64,000 bases of DNA from Anolis carolinensis (Eukaryota). Below the pieces are notes generated by a model. That model made no database searches, was not told the DNA's origin, and worked only from the letters and a program-made list of their open reading frames with translations. Location: NCBI RefSeq assembly GCF_035594765.1, contig NC_085842.1:21614782-21678781 (forward strand), in the 5' to 3' direction. This document shows, one piece after another, positions 1-12,843 of the stretch. Positions within the stretch are counted from its first letter, which is position 1, and every line of letters starts with the position of its first letter. The position numbers were made by a program, and so were the translations under genes.

Positions 1-729
1 TTCCACCAGGACTACCGCTTGTGCACAGGTCTCCGGCCCTCCTTCCCGGATCCAGTTCTGGATCTCGAATGGCAAAACAGCCAGGAACTGTTCCAGGATC
101 AGCAGCTCCAGGATCTGCTCCTTGCTGCGTCTCTCCGGCTTCAGCCACCGACAGCAAAGCTCCTGAAGCTGGGTGTAAACTCTCCGCGGATCCTCAACCT
201 CCGGGCAGCAGAACTGCCGGAAGTGCTGCCGTTGCATCTCCATCCTCAGGGCATCCCCGCGCAAGAGGGCTGCCTTCACTTTTCCATAATCCTCCCGATC
301 TCCGGCTTCCAGCATACCGTAGGCTTGTTCCGCTTCTCCGCTCAGGGCCGGCTGGAGACGGGCCACCCACTCTTCCCTTGGCCACCGACAGGCTTTGGCC
401 ACTTGCTCAAAGGAGGCCAGGAAGGCCTTGGTGTCGTCCCACGGGGCGGCTTCCAGCACCGCCGGGTCTTCCTCGCTTGTGTGAATGGGCTGCAGGGTCT
501 TCAGGAACTCCTGCCATTGGGCTTCCCAACGTTGTTGCATCCCCTCTTTACCTTCTTGTGATATTCCCCATCCCGGTCGCTCTGCCATATGTTTGGGTGG
601 AACAACACTGGAGGATTTGTGTGCTCGGTTCGGTCCTTTTCCTAGCTCTGTTCCCACCATGTTTTGCTCGCTGGGAGCAGACGGATCACAACCTTCTCCT
701 GGATGGTTGGTTCTGGACCAATTTCTCAT
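1..729 (-). CDS. SCAN-domain exon of a SCAN-zinc-finger gene (gene 1, continues off the left edge)
   Basis: Manual translation of the minus strand is open from ATG at 729 to base 1: ...[20 protein letters not shown]...[56 protein letters not shown] polypyrimidine/AG acceptor puts the exon start at about 1032. Confidence 0.9.
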   Translation of the reverse strand, partial: MRNWSRTNHPGEGCDPSAPSEQNMVGTELGKGPNRAHKSSSVVPPKHMAERPGWGISQEGKEGMQQRWEAQWQEFLKTLQPIHTSEEDPAVLEAAPWDDTKAFLASFEQVAKACRWPREEWVARLQPALSGEAEQAYGMLEAGDREDYGKVKAALLRGDALRMEMQRQHFRQFCCPEVEDPRRVYTQLQELCCRWLKPERRSKEQILELLILEQFLAVLPFEIQNWIREGGPETCAQAVVLVE

Positions 730-1487
730 ATGGTTTTCAATCTCCTCAACAAATATGAGGGTGTGCTTCTAGTGCTTCAGGAGTAAGGCTTAACTTGGTT
801 TGCATCAACTATTATTATGACATCCACTATACAATGTTTTTGGCTGGCTTTCAATCCCCTCGGATCCTCCTAAGAGGACCAAAAGATGGTTCTTCTGTGT
901 TCTAGGCTGGTTTTCTAGCACTCCAAGCAGACAAAAGATTGCTGGATGGCACCAAAGCTTGCAAGTATTAGTGGTCCTGCAGCCTCCCGAGTCTATTTCC
1001 CAAAAATATGTGATACTGGAGTGCTTTTCTCCCTAGAGAAAGAGACGATGGAAAAAGAAAAGATTGAATAATAAAAAAAACAAAGAGACATCAAGGATAA
1101 AACAGATTGGTCTGGTTTCAACGCTTTTATTCGAAAGGGAGGAAACACTCTCATAATAGACCTATCCGAAGTATGAAAACACTAAAATCTAAAGAAGGAA
1201 AACTGGGAAACACAAAGGACAATGACGAATCCACAAAAAGTACTTCCCTAAGAGGACAATGGGAAGTCCCTTTATATTTTTCCTTTTTAAAACTATTTTT
1301 TCCTCTCTTCTCTTTTGTTGTTTGTTTTTTGTTTTGTTTACTCTCCAGCACTTTTCCCTCATTATCCTATACTTTTTATGTTTTCCTAGCTTTCACTGTA
1401 ACATTACTTATAACATAATAAAAATTATTTTTAAAAAAACAAAGGATGGAGAGCCAAAGTGAAAAAGGAGGAAATCAATCAGTCTTA

Positions 1488-1950
1488 GGCCCCTTCTACA
1501 CTGCCATATAAAATCCAGATTATCTACTTTGAACTGGATTATATAGCAGCCAAGACCATAGCCAAAAATTTTTTTCCAGGGGGGGGGATATTTTTTAGTG
1601 AATCATGAAGAGTAGTTCCATAACGCAAAATAATTTAGAAATCAGGCTCCATCGATAAATTTCAGTGGACACTCAAGACAGATAAACTTCAGTGGAAACT
1701 CAAGGCAGATAAACTTCAGTGGACACCCCTATGGAAACTCATGGGGATTTGGTTAATCAGTTAAAATTCATGAGTAAACTAGGGTTTTTTTTAAACCTGA
1801 AAAAGTTCGGGGGGGGGGGTGTTAAACCCCCTAACCTCCCGCCTCTTGGCTACAGCCCTGATGGCAGTGTAGACTCATATAATCCAGTTCAAAGCAGATC
1901 ATGTGTATTATCTGATTTGATAATCTGGATTATATGACAGTGAAGAAATG
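1488..1950. mobile_element. Palindromic MITE interrupted by an hAT-like insert (1551-1860)
   Basis: The element ...ctacactgccatata...atccagattat...gaactggattatat is also seen at 62600-62965 and 63135-63280. The insert ends in ggctacagccctg, with a degenerate 8-bp TSD atagcagc/atggcagt. Confidence 0.55.
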
Positions 1951-2048
1951 GCCTTAAATTCAAATCCTCTTTCAGCCATGAAAATCTACTGGGTGGCCTT
2001 GGGCAAGTCACACACTCTCGGTCTGAGACCCCCCCCCCCCAATACTGC

Positions 2049-2098
<50 letters not shown>

Positions 2099-2431
2099 GT
2101 TCCTTCTTACAAATGCTTTTTCTATTCACCAAGCCTTGAACTGCTATGGTTCAATGCTACAAGATTGTGGGGGTTGTAGTTTCACCCTCTGGGTTGCTGC
2201 GAGTTTTCCGGGCTGAATGGCCATGTTCCAGAAGCATTCTCTCCTGACGTTTTGCCCACATCTATGGCAGGCATCTTCAAAGCTGTGAGCTCTTTAGCCC
2301 TCTCTACCAAGGGAGCTCTGATGTCTCACCAAACTACAACTCCTATGATTGCATAGCCTTGAGCCATGGCAGTCAATCTGAATTAATTCTAGGAGCTAGA
2401 GATTGCTAGAGAGAACATTTTTATGACAGAA

Positions 2432-2954
2432 CTAGCTGTGCCCGGCCACGCGTTGCTGTGGCGTTGTCTGGTGGTGTTGGTGAGAAATTGTTGAGGTAGT
2501 GGTGGTATTGAATGTCTGTTGTATGGTTGTCTTTATGTTGAGTATGCATTTGGTTGTTTGTGTACTGTGAAAGTGGTGAGGGTAGAGGGGGTCTATGTCC
2601 CTGTGTAGTATTGTATAGTGTTTATACATTGTGCATGTGTTGTGAATGCTTGGATTGGAAAGGGTTGGGCTGGATGGCCCTTAGGGGTGTCTCCAAACTC
2701 TTGTGCCTGCCCCCTGGGCTGAGTAGGTGGCTAGGAGACCAAGTGGGCAGAGATTAGCCCTCTAAATTGGCAGCAATTGGATAAAAACAATTATTCCTCT
2801 CCCTCTAATTAGGACTTTATTTTTCTTTTCTTTTTGTTGTATCAACCTAGAGCCGTGAATGATGGGTTCTGTTGTCAAATTTCGAGGTTGCGGGGCCTGT
2901 AGTTTTGTTATTTTGTCCACTGCCCTGATGCCATAACTCTTTTATATATATAGA
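2432..2954 (-). mobile_element. Non-autonomous Helitron
   Basis: On the minus strand it starts TCTATATATA and ends in the hairpin gccacagcaacgcgtggccgggcacag followed by CTAG|T. No TSD. Confidence 0.75.
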
Positions 2955-3144
2955 TAAGCTTATCCGCTATGCAATCAATCTTATTATAACATATTAAATG
3001 ATCATATCACAACACTCTGATTTTGAACTAAACATAAACATCAGGGGGGAAAGCAGCTAAAATGTTTTCCTGTCTAAACTTTGTAAAAAAATTTCCAACT
3101 CCTCTGTCAAAGAGGGCAGAGGTGCCTCAACAAACTATAACTCC

Positions 3145-4420
3145 AGGTTGCTGTGTAGTCTGACATTATGGTTATCAGAGTGTTCCAGCATTTCTGTGTT
3201 CTCAGATAATATGCCGTGCCCAGTTTGGTTCATCAAGTGCTCTGCTATGGCTGACCTCTCTGGTTGAGTTAGTCTGCAGTGCCTTTCATGTTCCTTGATT
3301 CGTATTAACTCAACCAGAGAAGTCAGCCATAGCAGAGCACTTGATGAACCAACCTGGACACCGCATATTGTTAGAGAACATGGAAATCCTGGACCGCTCT
3401 CATAACCACCATGTCAGACGATACAGAGAAGCCATTGAAATCCACAAACATGTGGACAATTTCAACAGAAAGGATGAAAACATGAAAATGAACAAAATCT
3501 GGCTACCAGTATTAAAAACACTCTAAGAACAACACTCTGAAAACAGGGGAATTCCAGGCATGAAACAATCAGGGCCAGCTAACACCTCCCAACAAAGGAT
3601 TCCCTCAGGCAGGAACCAGCCAGGCCTTGAAGCTGCAAGGCTAATCAAGGTGCCCAACTGCAACATTCACATTTGACTCAAACAGACAAAACCTGGACAT
3701 TCCACAGACATATAAACCCCACCAGCCTAGGGTTGTTGAGTGTTTTCTGGGCTGTCTGGCCATGTTCCAGAAGCATTCTCTCCTGACGCTTTGCCCACAT
3801 CTTTGGCAGGCATCCTCAGAGGTTGTGAAGTATATGGAGAAACTAAGCAAGGAAGGTTTATATATCTGTGGAAAGTCCAGGATGGGGGAAAGAACTCTTG
3901 TCTGATCAAGGCCAGTGTGAATGTTGTAATTAATCACCTTGATTAGCATTAAATGTCCTTGCAAGCTTCATGTCCTGGCCTGGGGGAATCCTTTGTTCAG
4001 AGTCGTTAGCTGCCCCTCATTGATTCATGTCTGGAATTCCTCTGTTTTCAATGTGTTGTTCCTGATTTACTGTTTTGATTTTGGAGTTTTTTTAATACTG
4101 GTAGCCAGATGATGATCATTTTCATGGTTTCCTCCAGAAAGGTTTCTTCATATACCTCACAACCTATAAGGATGCTTGCTATAGATGTGGGTGAAATGTC
4201 AGGAGAGAATGCTTCTGGAACATGGACATACAGCCCAGAAACACACACAACAACCCTGTGATACCGGCCATGAAAGCCTTCGACAACACCCACCTGCCTA
4301 GTTTCCAGCAGACCTCACAACCTCTGAGAATGCCTGGCATAGATGTGGGTGAAACGTCAGGAGAGAATGCTTCTGAGACATGGCCAGCTCACAACAACCC
4401 AGTGATTCCGGCCATCAATT
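3145..4420. mobile_element. Cluster of rearranged Penelope-like element fragments in both orientations
   Basis: GIY-YIG C-terminal peptide (MNQPGHRILLENMEILD...REAIEIHKH) and repeated pseudo-LTR sequence gccatgttccagaagcattctctcctgacg... Confidence 0.8.
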
Positions 4421-4699
4421 GGATAACATTGAGTTATGGTTGTTAAAAGTTGTGGCAAACAACACAAGTCCTTGTATCCAAGAGGGACTTTCTGCAGGTA
4501 TGGCTGCTTCCCTGGCTGGGGACCATCATGCCAGTACCTGCTGAAATTCCTTGTTGTTGTTGTTTATTTATTTATTACAATACTTATATCCCGCCCTTCT
4601 CACCCATAGGAGACTCAGGGCGGCTTACAATAAAACACAGTATGCCTGCTATAGATGTGGGCGAAACATCAGGAGAGAATACTTCTAGAACATGGAATA

Positions 4700-5022
4700 C
4701 AGTAGAGTCTCACTTATCCAAGCCTCGTTTATCCAACGATCTGGATTATCCAATGTATTTTTGTAGTCAATGTTTTAAAAACATTGTAATATTTTGGTGC
4801 TAAATTCATAAATACAGTAATTACAACATAGCATCACTACGTATTGAATTACTTTTTCTGTCAAATTTGTTGTATAACATGATGTTTTGGTGCTTAATTT
4901 GTAAAATCATAACCGAATTTGATGTTTAATAGGCTTTTCCTTAATCCCTCCTTATTATCCAACATATTCACTTATCCAACATTCTGCCGGCCCATTTATG
5001 TTGGATAAGTGAGACTTTACTG
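4700..5022. mobile_element. Tc1/mariner-pogo type MITE (~325 bp)
   Basis: TIR cagtagagtctcacttatccaa / ttggataagtgagact..actg, flanked by TA. Confidence 0.85.
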
Positions 5023-5186
5023 TACTTATATCCTGCCCTTCTCACCCATAGGAGACTCAGGGCGGCTTACAATAAAACACAGTCTAAAAATATTACAGGA
5101 AATTCAACCAGTTAAAAATTAAATGCATTAAACATTGATTTAAAATGTTATGCCTTCTCAGTATTATATTAGCACTTTATTGACTA

Positions 5187-5362
5187 CTAGCTGTGCCCGG
5201 CCACGCGTTGCTGTGGCTAGGACTTAATTTTACTTTTCTTTTTGTTGTATGAACGTAGAGGCGTGGATGAGAGGTTGTGCTGTCAATTTTCAAGGTTGTG
5301 GGGCGTTTAGTTTAGTTGTTTTGTCCAGTGCCGTGATTCCATTACCCTTTTATATATATAGA
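5187..5362 (-). mobile_element. Short non-autonomous Helitron
   Basis: Same TC 5' end and hairpin-CTAG 3' end as 2432-2954, with an internal deletion. Confidence 0.65.
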
Positions 5363-5605
5363 TGTTAGCTGTGAAACTACCTCTCCCGACTCTGAAATAT
5401 TCTGCACTTTGGCCCAGATCCGTGTATTCATCTTTTTAACTTTTTATTTTGTATGTTGACCTTTTATGACTGTTTTATTGATGCCGATGTGTTATTGTTG
5501 AGTAATTTGTTTTATTGTCTTGCTGTTGTTATTATACAACAGGCATGGCCCCATGTAAGCTGCCCCGAGTCCCTTTGGGGAGATGGGGTGGAGTATAAGA
5601 ATAAA

Positions 5606-5655
<50 letters not shown>

Positions 5656-5658
<3 letters not shown>

Positions 5659-5855
5659 GATACAGCAAACAAGATAGATATGCTGGATTTCATATCACAA
5701 AATCACAAGTCGAACACTTCCCAAGTGTCTAGGACTGTGTGATGTATTTTTGGATGATGCGTGCAGATCCCAGTAGGGTGGCCTTTTGCAGTTGGCAGAT
5801 CGTAATTTTGTCAATGCCTATTGTTTCCAAATGCCGGCTGAGATCTTTTGGCACA
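5656..5855 (-). mobile_element. R4/Dong LINE 3' fragment in a (TTA)n tract
   Basis: Matches the 3' end of the element at about 39050-39250 and is flanked by (TTA)n. Confidence 0.85.
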
Positions 5856-6189
5856 ACATTGTTGTCATTATTATTATTATTATTAAACATTGATTAAAAT
5901 ATGCATATGTTGTTGCTGTTGTTGTGTGCCTTCATGGAGTTTCTAGCCCATGGCATTTCCTTGGCCTGATTAGTTCAGAGGGAGTTGCTTGCCTTTGCCT
6001 TCCTCTGAGTTGCAGTTTCCCAAAATAAAAGAGTGCTGGGGCCTCACCAAACTACAACTCCCAGGATCCCATAGCATGGAGCCATGGCAGCTAAAGCGGT
6101 GTCGCGCTACATTTGTTCCACAGTGTGGATACACACTGTCACACACATACCCCGCCCCAAATCCGAAGATTTAATTAATCCGGTCCTGA

Positions 6190-6490
6190 CCTTTTCCTAT
6201 AGCAAAATCAACCCAAAAGCTTGCCTACCAGGAGCGGCGAGGAAGCAGGCGTGACTCCGGATTGAATGCTTCCTGGGTGGAAACGGGGGGGACAGAAGGG
6301 GCCAGGAGGAGACTGCAAGTCCCAGCAGCCCCGGCCTTTCCTCTCCCCCTGCAACCGCGGCAGAGAGCGTTCACACGTCCGCCCACTCGACACGCAACTT
6401 CCGAGGAAGGAAGGAGAAGGCGAGGAGGAGGAGGAGGAGGAGGAGCAGGAAGAGCGGAATCGGCTGTTCAACTTCCTTTCCTTCCTAACA
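6190..6490 (-). promoter_or_regulatory. CpG-rich putative promoter / first non-coding exon of gene 1
   Basis: Non-repeat CpG-rich patch with a GC box (ccgccc) and an ETS-like acttccg. Candidate minus-strand donors lie near 6190 and 6228. It sits 5 kb upstream of the SCAN exon. Confidence 0.5.
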
Positions 6491-6712
6491 CTATGTAACA
6501 AAACCTGAAACAATGTCTGTTCCTGGCTTGGAAGTGCTGTTTCCTATTGATCTGTGCGGACCTTACTTATTCTATACCAGGATCTGATCCCTGCTTTAAA
6601 CTGGATTATATGTGTCCCCACTGCCAGATCATTTGAGATAAAGAGCCAACCTGGGATCAGTTGTTCTACTCCAGAAACTTCCTTTTTCTGGCACAAACGG
6701 ATTGAGACTCCA

Positions 6713-7160
6713 CAGAATCATAGAGTTGGAAGAGACCTCGTGGTCATCCAGTCCAACCCGATTCAGTCAAGAAGCAGGAAACTCACATTCAAAGCACCCC
6801 CGACAGATGGCCATCCAGCCTCTGCTTAAAAGTCTCCAAAGGAGGTAGAGGCTTGCCACACTCTGGGGCAGAGAGTTCCACTGCTGAACAGCTCTCACAG
6901 AGAGGAAGTTCTTCCTCTTGTTCAGGTGGAATCTCCTTTCCTGTAGTTTGAAGCCATTGTTCTGCATCTTAGACAGATGGCCATCCAGCCTCTGCTTAAA
7001 AGTCTCCAAAGAAGGAGCCTCCACCACACTCCGAGGCAGAGAGTTCCACTGCTGAACAGCTCTCACAGTGAGGAAGTTCTTCCTAATATTCAGGTGGAAT
7101 CTCCTTTCCTGTAGTTTGAAGCCGTTGTTCCATGTCTGAGTCTCCAGGGCAGCAGAAACA
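6713..7160 (-). mobile_element. CR1 LINE 3' end with an internal tandem duplication
   Basis: Peptide VRAVQQWNSLPRSVVEAPSLETFKQRLDGHLS and an ATTCTATG-type tail. The segment occurs twice. Confidence 0.85.
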
Positions 7161-7399
7161 AGCTTGCTCCCTCCTCCCTATGATGAAGATATTCATTGAA
7201 AAACTAGAGCAAAATGTGCCACATGATTTCTGTTTTCTGAGTGTTGCTCTTTATTCACTGTCCTGATTTTAGAGTTTTTAAATACTGGTAGCCAAATTTT
7301 GTTCATTTTCATGGTTTCCTCCTTTCTGTTGAAATTGTCCACATGCCTGTGGATTTCAATGGCTTCTCTGTGAAATATGACATGGTGGCTGCATTACGT

Positions 7400-8815
7400 G
7401 TTTTTGTGTCAAATTTGACCCAGTGAATGAAAAGACATCCTGTATATCAGATATTTACATTATGATTCATAATAGCAGCAAAATTACAGTTATGAAGTAG
7501 CAATTAAAATAATATGGTTGGGGGTCACCACAACATGAGGAACTGTATTAAGGGGTCGTGGCATTAGGAAGGAAGAGAACCACTGATTCTAGTTTATATT
7601 AGTATACTAGTTTATATTTAGGTTAAATTGCCTCTGCGTCTGTCTCTGTCTCGGTTCTATGTGTATATGGGCATTGAATGTTTGCCCTATATGTATATAA
7701 TGTGATCCGCCCTGAGTCCCCTTCGGAATGAGAAGGGTGGAATATAAATACTGTGAATAAATAAATATAAATACTAGAAGGGTTTGATGGGCTTTGACCT
7801 TGAGTTATAGAGTTGTAGTTCACTTACATCCAGAGAGCACTGTGGACTCAAACAATGATGGATCTGAACCAAACTTGGTGCGAATCTTCAATATGCCCAA
7901 ATGTGAACACTAGTGGAGTTTGGGGAAAACAGACCTTGACATTTGGGAGTTGTAGTTGCTGGGATTTATAGTTCACCTACAATCAAAGAGCATTCTGAAC
8001 TCCACCAACAATGGAATTGAACCAAACTTGACACACAGAACTTCCATGACCAACAGAAAATACTAGAAGGGTTTGGTGGGCTTTGACCTTGAGTTTTGGA
8101 GTTGTAGTTCACCTACTTTCAGACAGCACCATGGACTCAAACAATGATGGATCTGGACCAAACTTGGTGCGAATCCTCAATATGCCCAAATGTGAACAGT
8201 GGTGGAGTTTAGGGAAAATAGACCTTGACATTTGGGAGTTGTAGTTACTGGGATTTATAGTTCACTTACAATCAAAGAGCCCCTTGAACTCCACCAATGA
8301 TAGAATTGGGCCAAACTTCCCACACAGAATGCCCATGACCAACAGAAAATAGTGGAGGGATCTGAGAAGAATTGACAATGATTTAGGGGAGATGTAGTTC
8401 ACATACAGTAGAGTCTCACTTATCCAACATAAACGGGACGGCAGAATGTTGGATAAGCGAATATATTGGATAATAAGGAGACATTAAGGAAAAGCCTATT
8501 AAACATCAGATTAGGTTATGATTTTACAAATTAAGCACCAAAGCATCATGTTATACAACAAATTTGACAGAAAAAGTAGTTCAATAGGCAGTAATGTTAT
8601 GTAGTAATTACTGTATTTACGAATTTAGCACCAAAATATCACGATATATTGAAAACATTGACTACAAAACTGCGTTGGATAATCCAGAACGTTGGATAAG
8701 CGAGTGTTGGGTAAGTGAGACTCTACTGTACTTCCAGACAGCACTGTGAATTAATGTTTTCTGATGGTTTTTGGTGACCCCTCAGGGGTCCTGACTCCCA
8801 GGTTGAGAAACACTG
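7400..8815. mobile_element. hAT-type non-autonomous element(s) with an internal minisatellite and nested SINE/MITE
   Basis: Termini gagaaccactg (~7585) and gttgagaaacactg (~8815). Tandem units gagttgtagttcac...ccaaactt... Confidence 0.55.
8406..8728. mobile_element. Tc1/pogo type MITE
   Basis: Same TIR and TA flank as 4700-5022. Confidence 0.85.
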
Positions 8816-8919
8816 GTGTAAATGTACAAAGATAATTTATTATGAAGACAGGAAACTTGGAATCCCTTACAACTCGTATGACACTTAACATACATTCTCA
8901 GGGTTTTTTTTCCCCTGAC

Positions 8920-10055
8920 TTAATCCACGCTCAGGACATCTGTATGGTTTCTCTCCAGGTGTATTCTCTGGTGCCTCTTCACCTGCTGGCTCCGGCTGAA
9001 GCTTTTTCCACAGTCCGAACATTTGTAGGGCTTCTCCCCCGTGTGGATCCTCCGATGGTTCCTCAGGTCGCTCCCCTGAATGAAACATTTCCCGCACTCG
9101 GGACACTTGTAGGGCTTTTCCCCCGTGTGGATGCGCTGGTGTTTCTTCAGGATGCCTTCCTCGTTGAAGCACTTCCCGCACTCGGAGCACTTGAACGGCT
9201 TCTCTCCGGTGTGGATTCGGTGGTGCCTCTTCAGATTCCTGGCCTCCGTGAAGCTCTTCCCACACTCGGGGCATTTGTAGGGTTTCTCCCCGGCGTGCAT
9301 GAGTTCGTGACTCTTCAGGTATTTCTTCTGACTGAAGCACTTGCCACACTGAGCACACTCGTACGGTTTTATTTCCGCATGCATTTCCTGGTGTCTCAAC
9401 AACGCCGGTTTGGAAGTGAAAACTTTGCCACACTCCGGACAGTCATGAACTCTTTCTCCAGGACACGAATGGGTCAGTAAATGTTCTCTTTCACTGCGGC
9501 ACTGACGACAAGGAGAAGATTCCCGAAGCCTTCCTTCACTAGAAAGTCCTGGATGTTTCTTGAGTGGCTTTGTGTAATTGAAGGTCCAGTCAGGGGGACA
9601 CTTTGGTTCAATGTGACTGAGCTTCTCTTTTGCGTGGTGTCTGTTCAAATAAACTCCCCTCTCAGAGAATTTAGATTTACACTCCCCTGATATCGTTCTC
9701 TGGGGGATATCAGAATACGGATTTTGCTGGAAGTCTGCATTGATATGTATCATATCAAGCTCTAGCTGATCACAAGATGTTCTGTCACCGTTGACCATGA
9801 ATGGCATGCCATCTCTTCCGGGAACCTTCAAAAGCTGGCAAACTGGAGACGTGAAAGCTGTTGTGAGTTCATTGCATCTGCTTGATCTCTCCATCAGTTG
9901 ACTTCTCTGTTCCTCTTCGAACTCATATATCTCTTGCATGCCACCTTCCTTCCTTCTGCCTTGCATTATATGTGATGACGTCTCAGATGTGTCCTCCGAC
10001 TCGTTTCTTCCATCCTCACAGTTCTCCGTCTTGATCATACTCCTTTCTCTGCCAC
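8920..10055 (-). CDS. Gene 2 last exon: spacer plus six C2H2 zinc fingers
   Basis: ORF 8920..10107 has six CxxC...HxxxH fingers with TGEKPY-type linkers. Acceptor ctctacag|gt at 10055; its phase 1 matches the upstream exon. Confidence 0.92.
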
Positions 10056-10162
10056 CTGTAGAGACAGAGCATGGAATTTGGCTCATTCTATGGTGACCGC
10101 TTTTCAAGCTGTCTGTAACTTCTGTTATTTATTTCTAATAATAGTGTATATACCTGGAATTA

Positions 10163-10472
10163 AGGGCACCCCTGGTGGCACAGTGTGTTAAAGCGCTGAG
10201 CTGCTGAACTTGCGGACCAAAAGGTCCCAGGTTCAAATCCGGGGAGCGGAATGAGCGCCCACAGTTAGCCCCAGCTCCTGCCAACCTAGCAGTTCGAAAA
10301 CATGCTAATGTGAGTAGATCAATAGGTACTGCTCCATGCAATCATACCGGCCACATGACCTGGGGATGTCTATGGACAATGGTGGGTATTCGGCTTAGAA
10401 ATGGAAATGAGCAACAACCCCCAGAGTTGGTCACGACTGGACTTAACGTCAGGGAAAACCTTTATCTTTATA
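10163..10472 (+). mobile_element. Sauria-type SINE
   Basis: tRNA-like head (ggtggcacagtgtgttaaagcgctgagctgctgaac...ggttcaaatcc) and an (ACCTTT)-like tail. Related copies at 28205-28505, 51127-51465 and 59455-59670. Confidence 0.85.
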
Positions 10473-10599
10473 CCTGGCATTGTCCAGCTGTCGTTGAGAC
10501 TACTGCCCACTTACTTTTTCCCTTCTCCATCTCTGTTAAGGCCTATCTCATGATGTTTCCCTTTCCTTCCCTTTCCTCAGAGTCATTATTATTACTACT

Positions 10600-10912
10600 G
10601 TTATTTTATTTTATGACACAGCAAACAAGATAGATATGCTAGATTTCGTATCACAAAATCACAAGTTGAACACTTCCCAAGTGTCTAGGACTGTGTGATG
10701 TATTTTCGGATGATGCGTGCAGATCCTAGTAAGGTGGCCTTTTGCAGTTGGCAGATCGTAATTTTGTCAATGTCTATTGTTTCCAAATGCTGGCTGAGAT
10801 CTTTTGGTACGGCACCCAATGTGCCCATCACCACAGGGACCACCTGAACTGGTTTCTGCCAAAGTCTTTGAAGTTCAATCTTGAGGTCCTGATAGCGGCT
10901 GAGTTTTTCCTG
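10600..10912 (-). mobile_element. R4/Dong LINE 3' fragment in a (TTA)n tract
   Basis: Homologous to 38950-39250, with (TTA)n on both sides. Confidence 0.85.
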
Positions 10913-11213
10913 TTATTATTATTATTATTATTAGGTTCTTGGGAACCATCAAAATGAACAAAACCTGGCAGCCATAATTAAAAAGTCTACAATTTGGACA
11001 GTAAATAAAGAACAACACTCTGAAAATAAGGGTATTCTAGACAGGAAACAACCAGAGCCAGCTAACACCTCCCCCAGGGAAGAAAAAACCATGCTTTGAA
11101 GCTGCAAGCCCATTCAGTGCTAATCAAGGTGACTAATTACAATATTCATACTTGCCTCCACAAACAAAAACCCACTTAGGACGATGCCACAGCACATGTG
11201 GCTGGGCAGAGCT

Positions 11214-11264
<51 letters not shown>

Positions 11265-11674
11265 AATGTATAGTATATTGCGTTTTGTGTTTCTTTATGA
11301 CTCTATAATAATAATCAGTATGTCTCATAATATAAATCTTCCTGTTTTATCCAAGATCTTTTTATGTTTTTAAAATGTAGGAGACAAATGAAGTATTAGG
11401 TATATTTTAGATGAACTAAATATTTGCAAGCAACACTTATGGAAGGACTGTTTGTTCACGCTCCCACTCACACCTTTCACCCAACATTTGGTACAGAATT
11501 TCATTTAAAAATACTGGAAATGGAATACAATTCATTTTTGCCTAGCATGCCTTCGAGATCATATTTTTGCCTTTTGTCTTGGCCCTTTCTGACTATATCT
11601 GACCTTTCCCTGTTCTAACAAGAGTGAGCGATATGGCCACAGAGGGACCAGAACCGAACGGAGGACATCCTTAC

Positions 11675-11801
11675 CCAAAGTGTCCACTTTTTTGCCGTTC
11701 TCCTGCAGGACTTCCCAGACAACTGTCTGTTGACCTGGATGGGTGAGGCCCCGCTGGACTATCTGCAAAGACATACTGGCTTCGTTGGGATCCATTGGCT
11801 C
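11675..11801 (-). CDS. Gene 2 coding exon 4: 127-nt degenerate KRAB-A exon
   Basis: ctgcag|GAG...TTGG|gtaagg; 127 nt, phase 0 to 1. Translates as EPMDPNEASMSLQIVQRGLTHPGQQTVVWEVLQENGKKVDTL(G). Confidence 0.8.
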
Positions 11802-12154
11802 CTGCAGAGGTGAAAAAGGAAAAATAAAAACGAAGGTGAATGCAAAACTTCATATACTTACCCTGCGAGAAAGATCCAGGAATTTTATCATCCAGAAGAT
11901 GAGGAAAGAACAACGTGTCTTTACAGAGCACAATAAAATTAAATGATGGACTATGTCCGTAACACTCTGTAAGAGAGAGAGGAAGCAAACAGGAAGGGAA
12001 AGGTCCTGATCCCTCTCCGTCTATCCAACTCACACTTAGAGATCAAGAGAGCAGCAGCAACAAGTATAGATGATGAGGAACTGAAAATACGGATTTTTAG
12101 ACATATATTGTATGCACATTAGAAGCAGTGAAATGTAGAAAAATCAGACTCTCT

Positions 12155-12625
12155 CTGTGTTAGATTTTAGGGATGCACAAGCTGACAGGACAAAGGGGAG
12201 AAGGGGGGCCAGTTATCTATACATTCCAGTGTGAATTGGTTCCTAGCACAGCTTAATGGAAGGAGAGCTGACCTCTCCTCCTCCCTTTCTCTTGACAAGG
12301 GGCCATGATTAATCTACTATAGCTGAGCCATGGTGTCTGTGACTTGCTACACACTTTTAAGAGTACTTAGATAGGAAAATGCTGATTGTGCATATTTATG
12401 CCCATGTATGTAAGCATGTGAAGTGACGTACTAATGACGAGATGTATGTAAAAGCATGTTCTTTGTCTGAAAATGTATAAAAGGCAAGTTCACGCCTTGA
12501 TCGTCTCTCTGGTTTTGCTTTTTGGAAGAGATTCCACTTCCAGAGACTCAGCTGAAATAGTAAACCGGACTTTTTGGCCTCTCAAAAGGATCTCTCTTTG
12601 TGTTATCTCTCCCTTCATCTACAAC
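12155..12625 (+). mobile_element. Possible solo LTR
   Basis: tgttagat...atctacaaca ends, a TATA-like tataaaa and an agtaaa signal. No convincing TSD. Confidence 0.3.
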
Positions 12626-12843
12626 ATAGACACTGCAGTGTCTTCATAGAATCATAGAATAGTAGAGTTGGAAGAGACCTCATGGGCCATCCGGTCCAAC
12701 CCCCTGCCAAGAAGCAGAAAATCGCATTCAAAGCACCCTCAATAAAGCTGTTGAAATGCAGAAATTCTGTGTGATTGAGCAGCCCATAGAGCACAGGTTC
12801 CAACCATTCATATAGCTCAACAACTCCCTAGAATGCCACGTAC

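Noticed and set aside
19-758. Plus-strand ORFs of 180 and 245 aa (also 13691-14296, 49466-50182, 8842-9480, 61656-62375)
   Set aside because: Antisense shadows of GC-rich SCAN and zinc-finger coding exons; no domain features.
10490-10585. Possible extra exon of gene 2 (donor-like gtaagt on the minus strand near 10510)
   Set aside because: No clear acceptor (an R4 insertion lies upstream), and exon phases already join without it.
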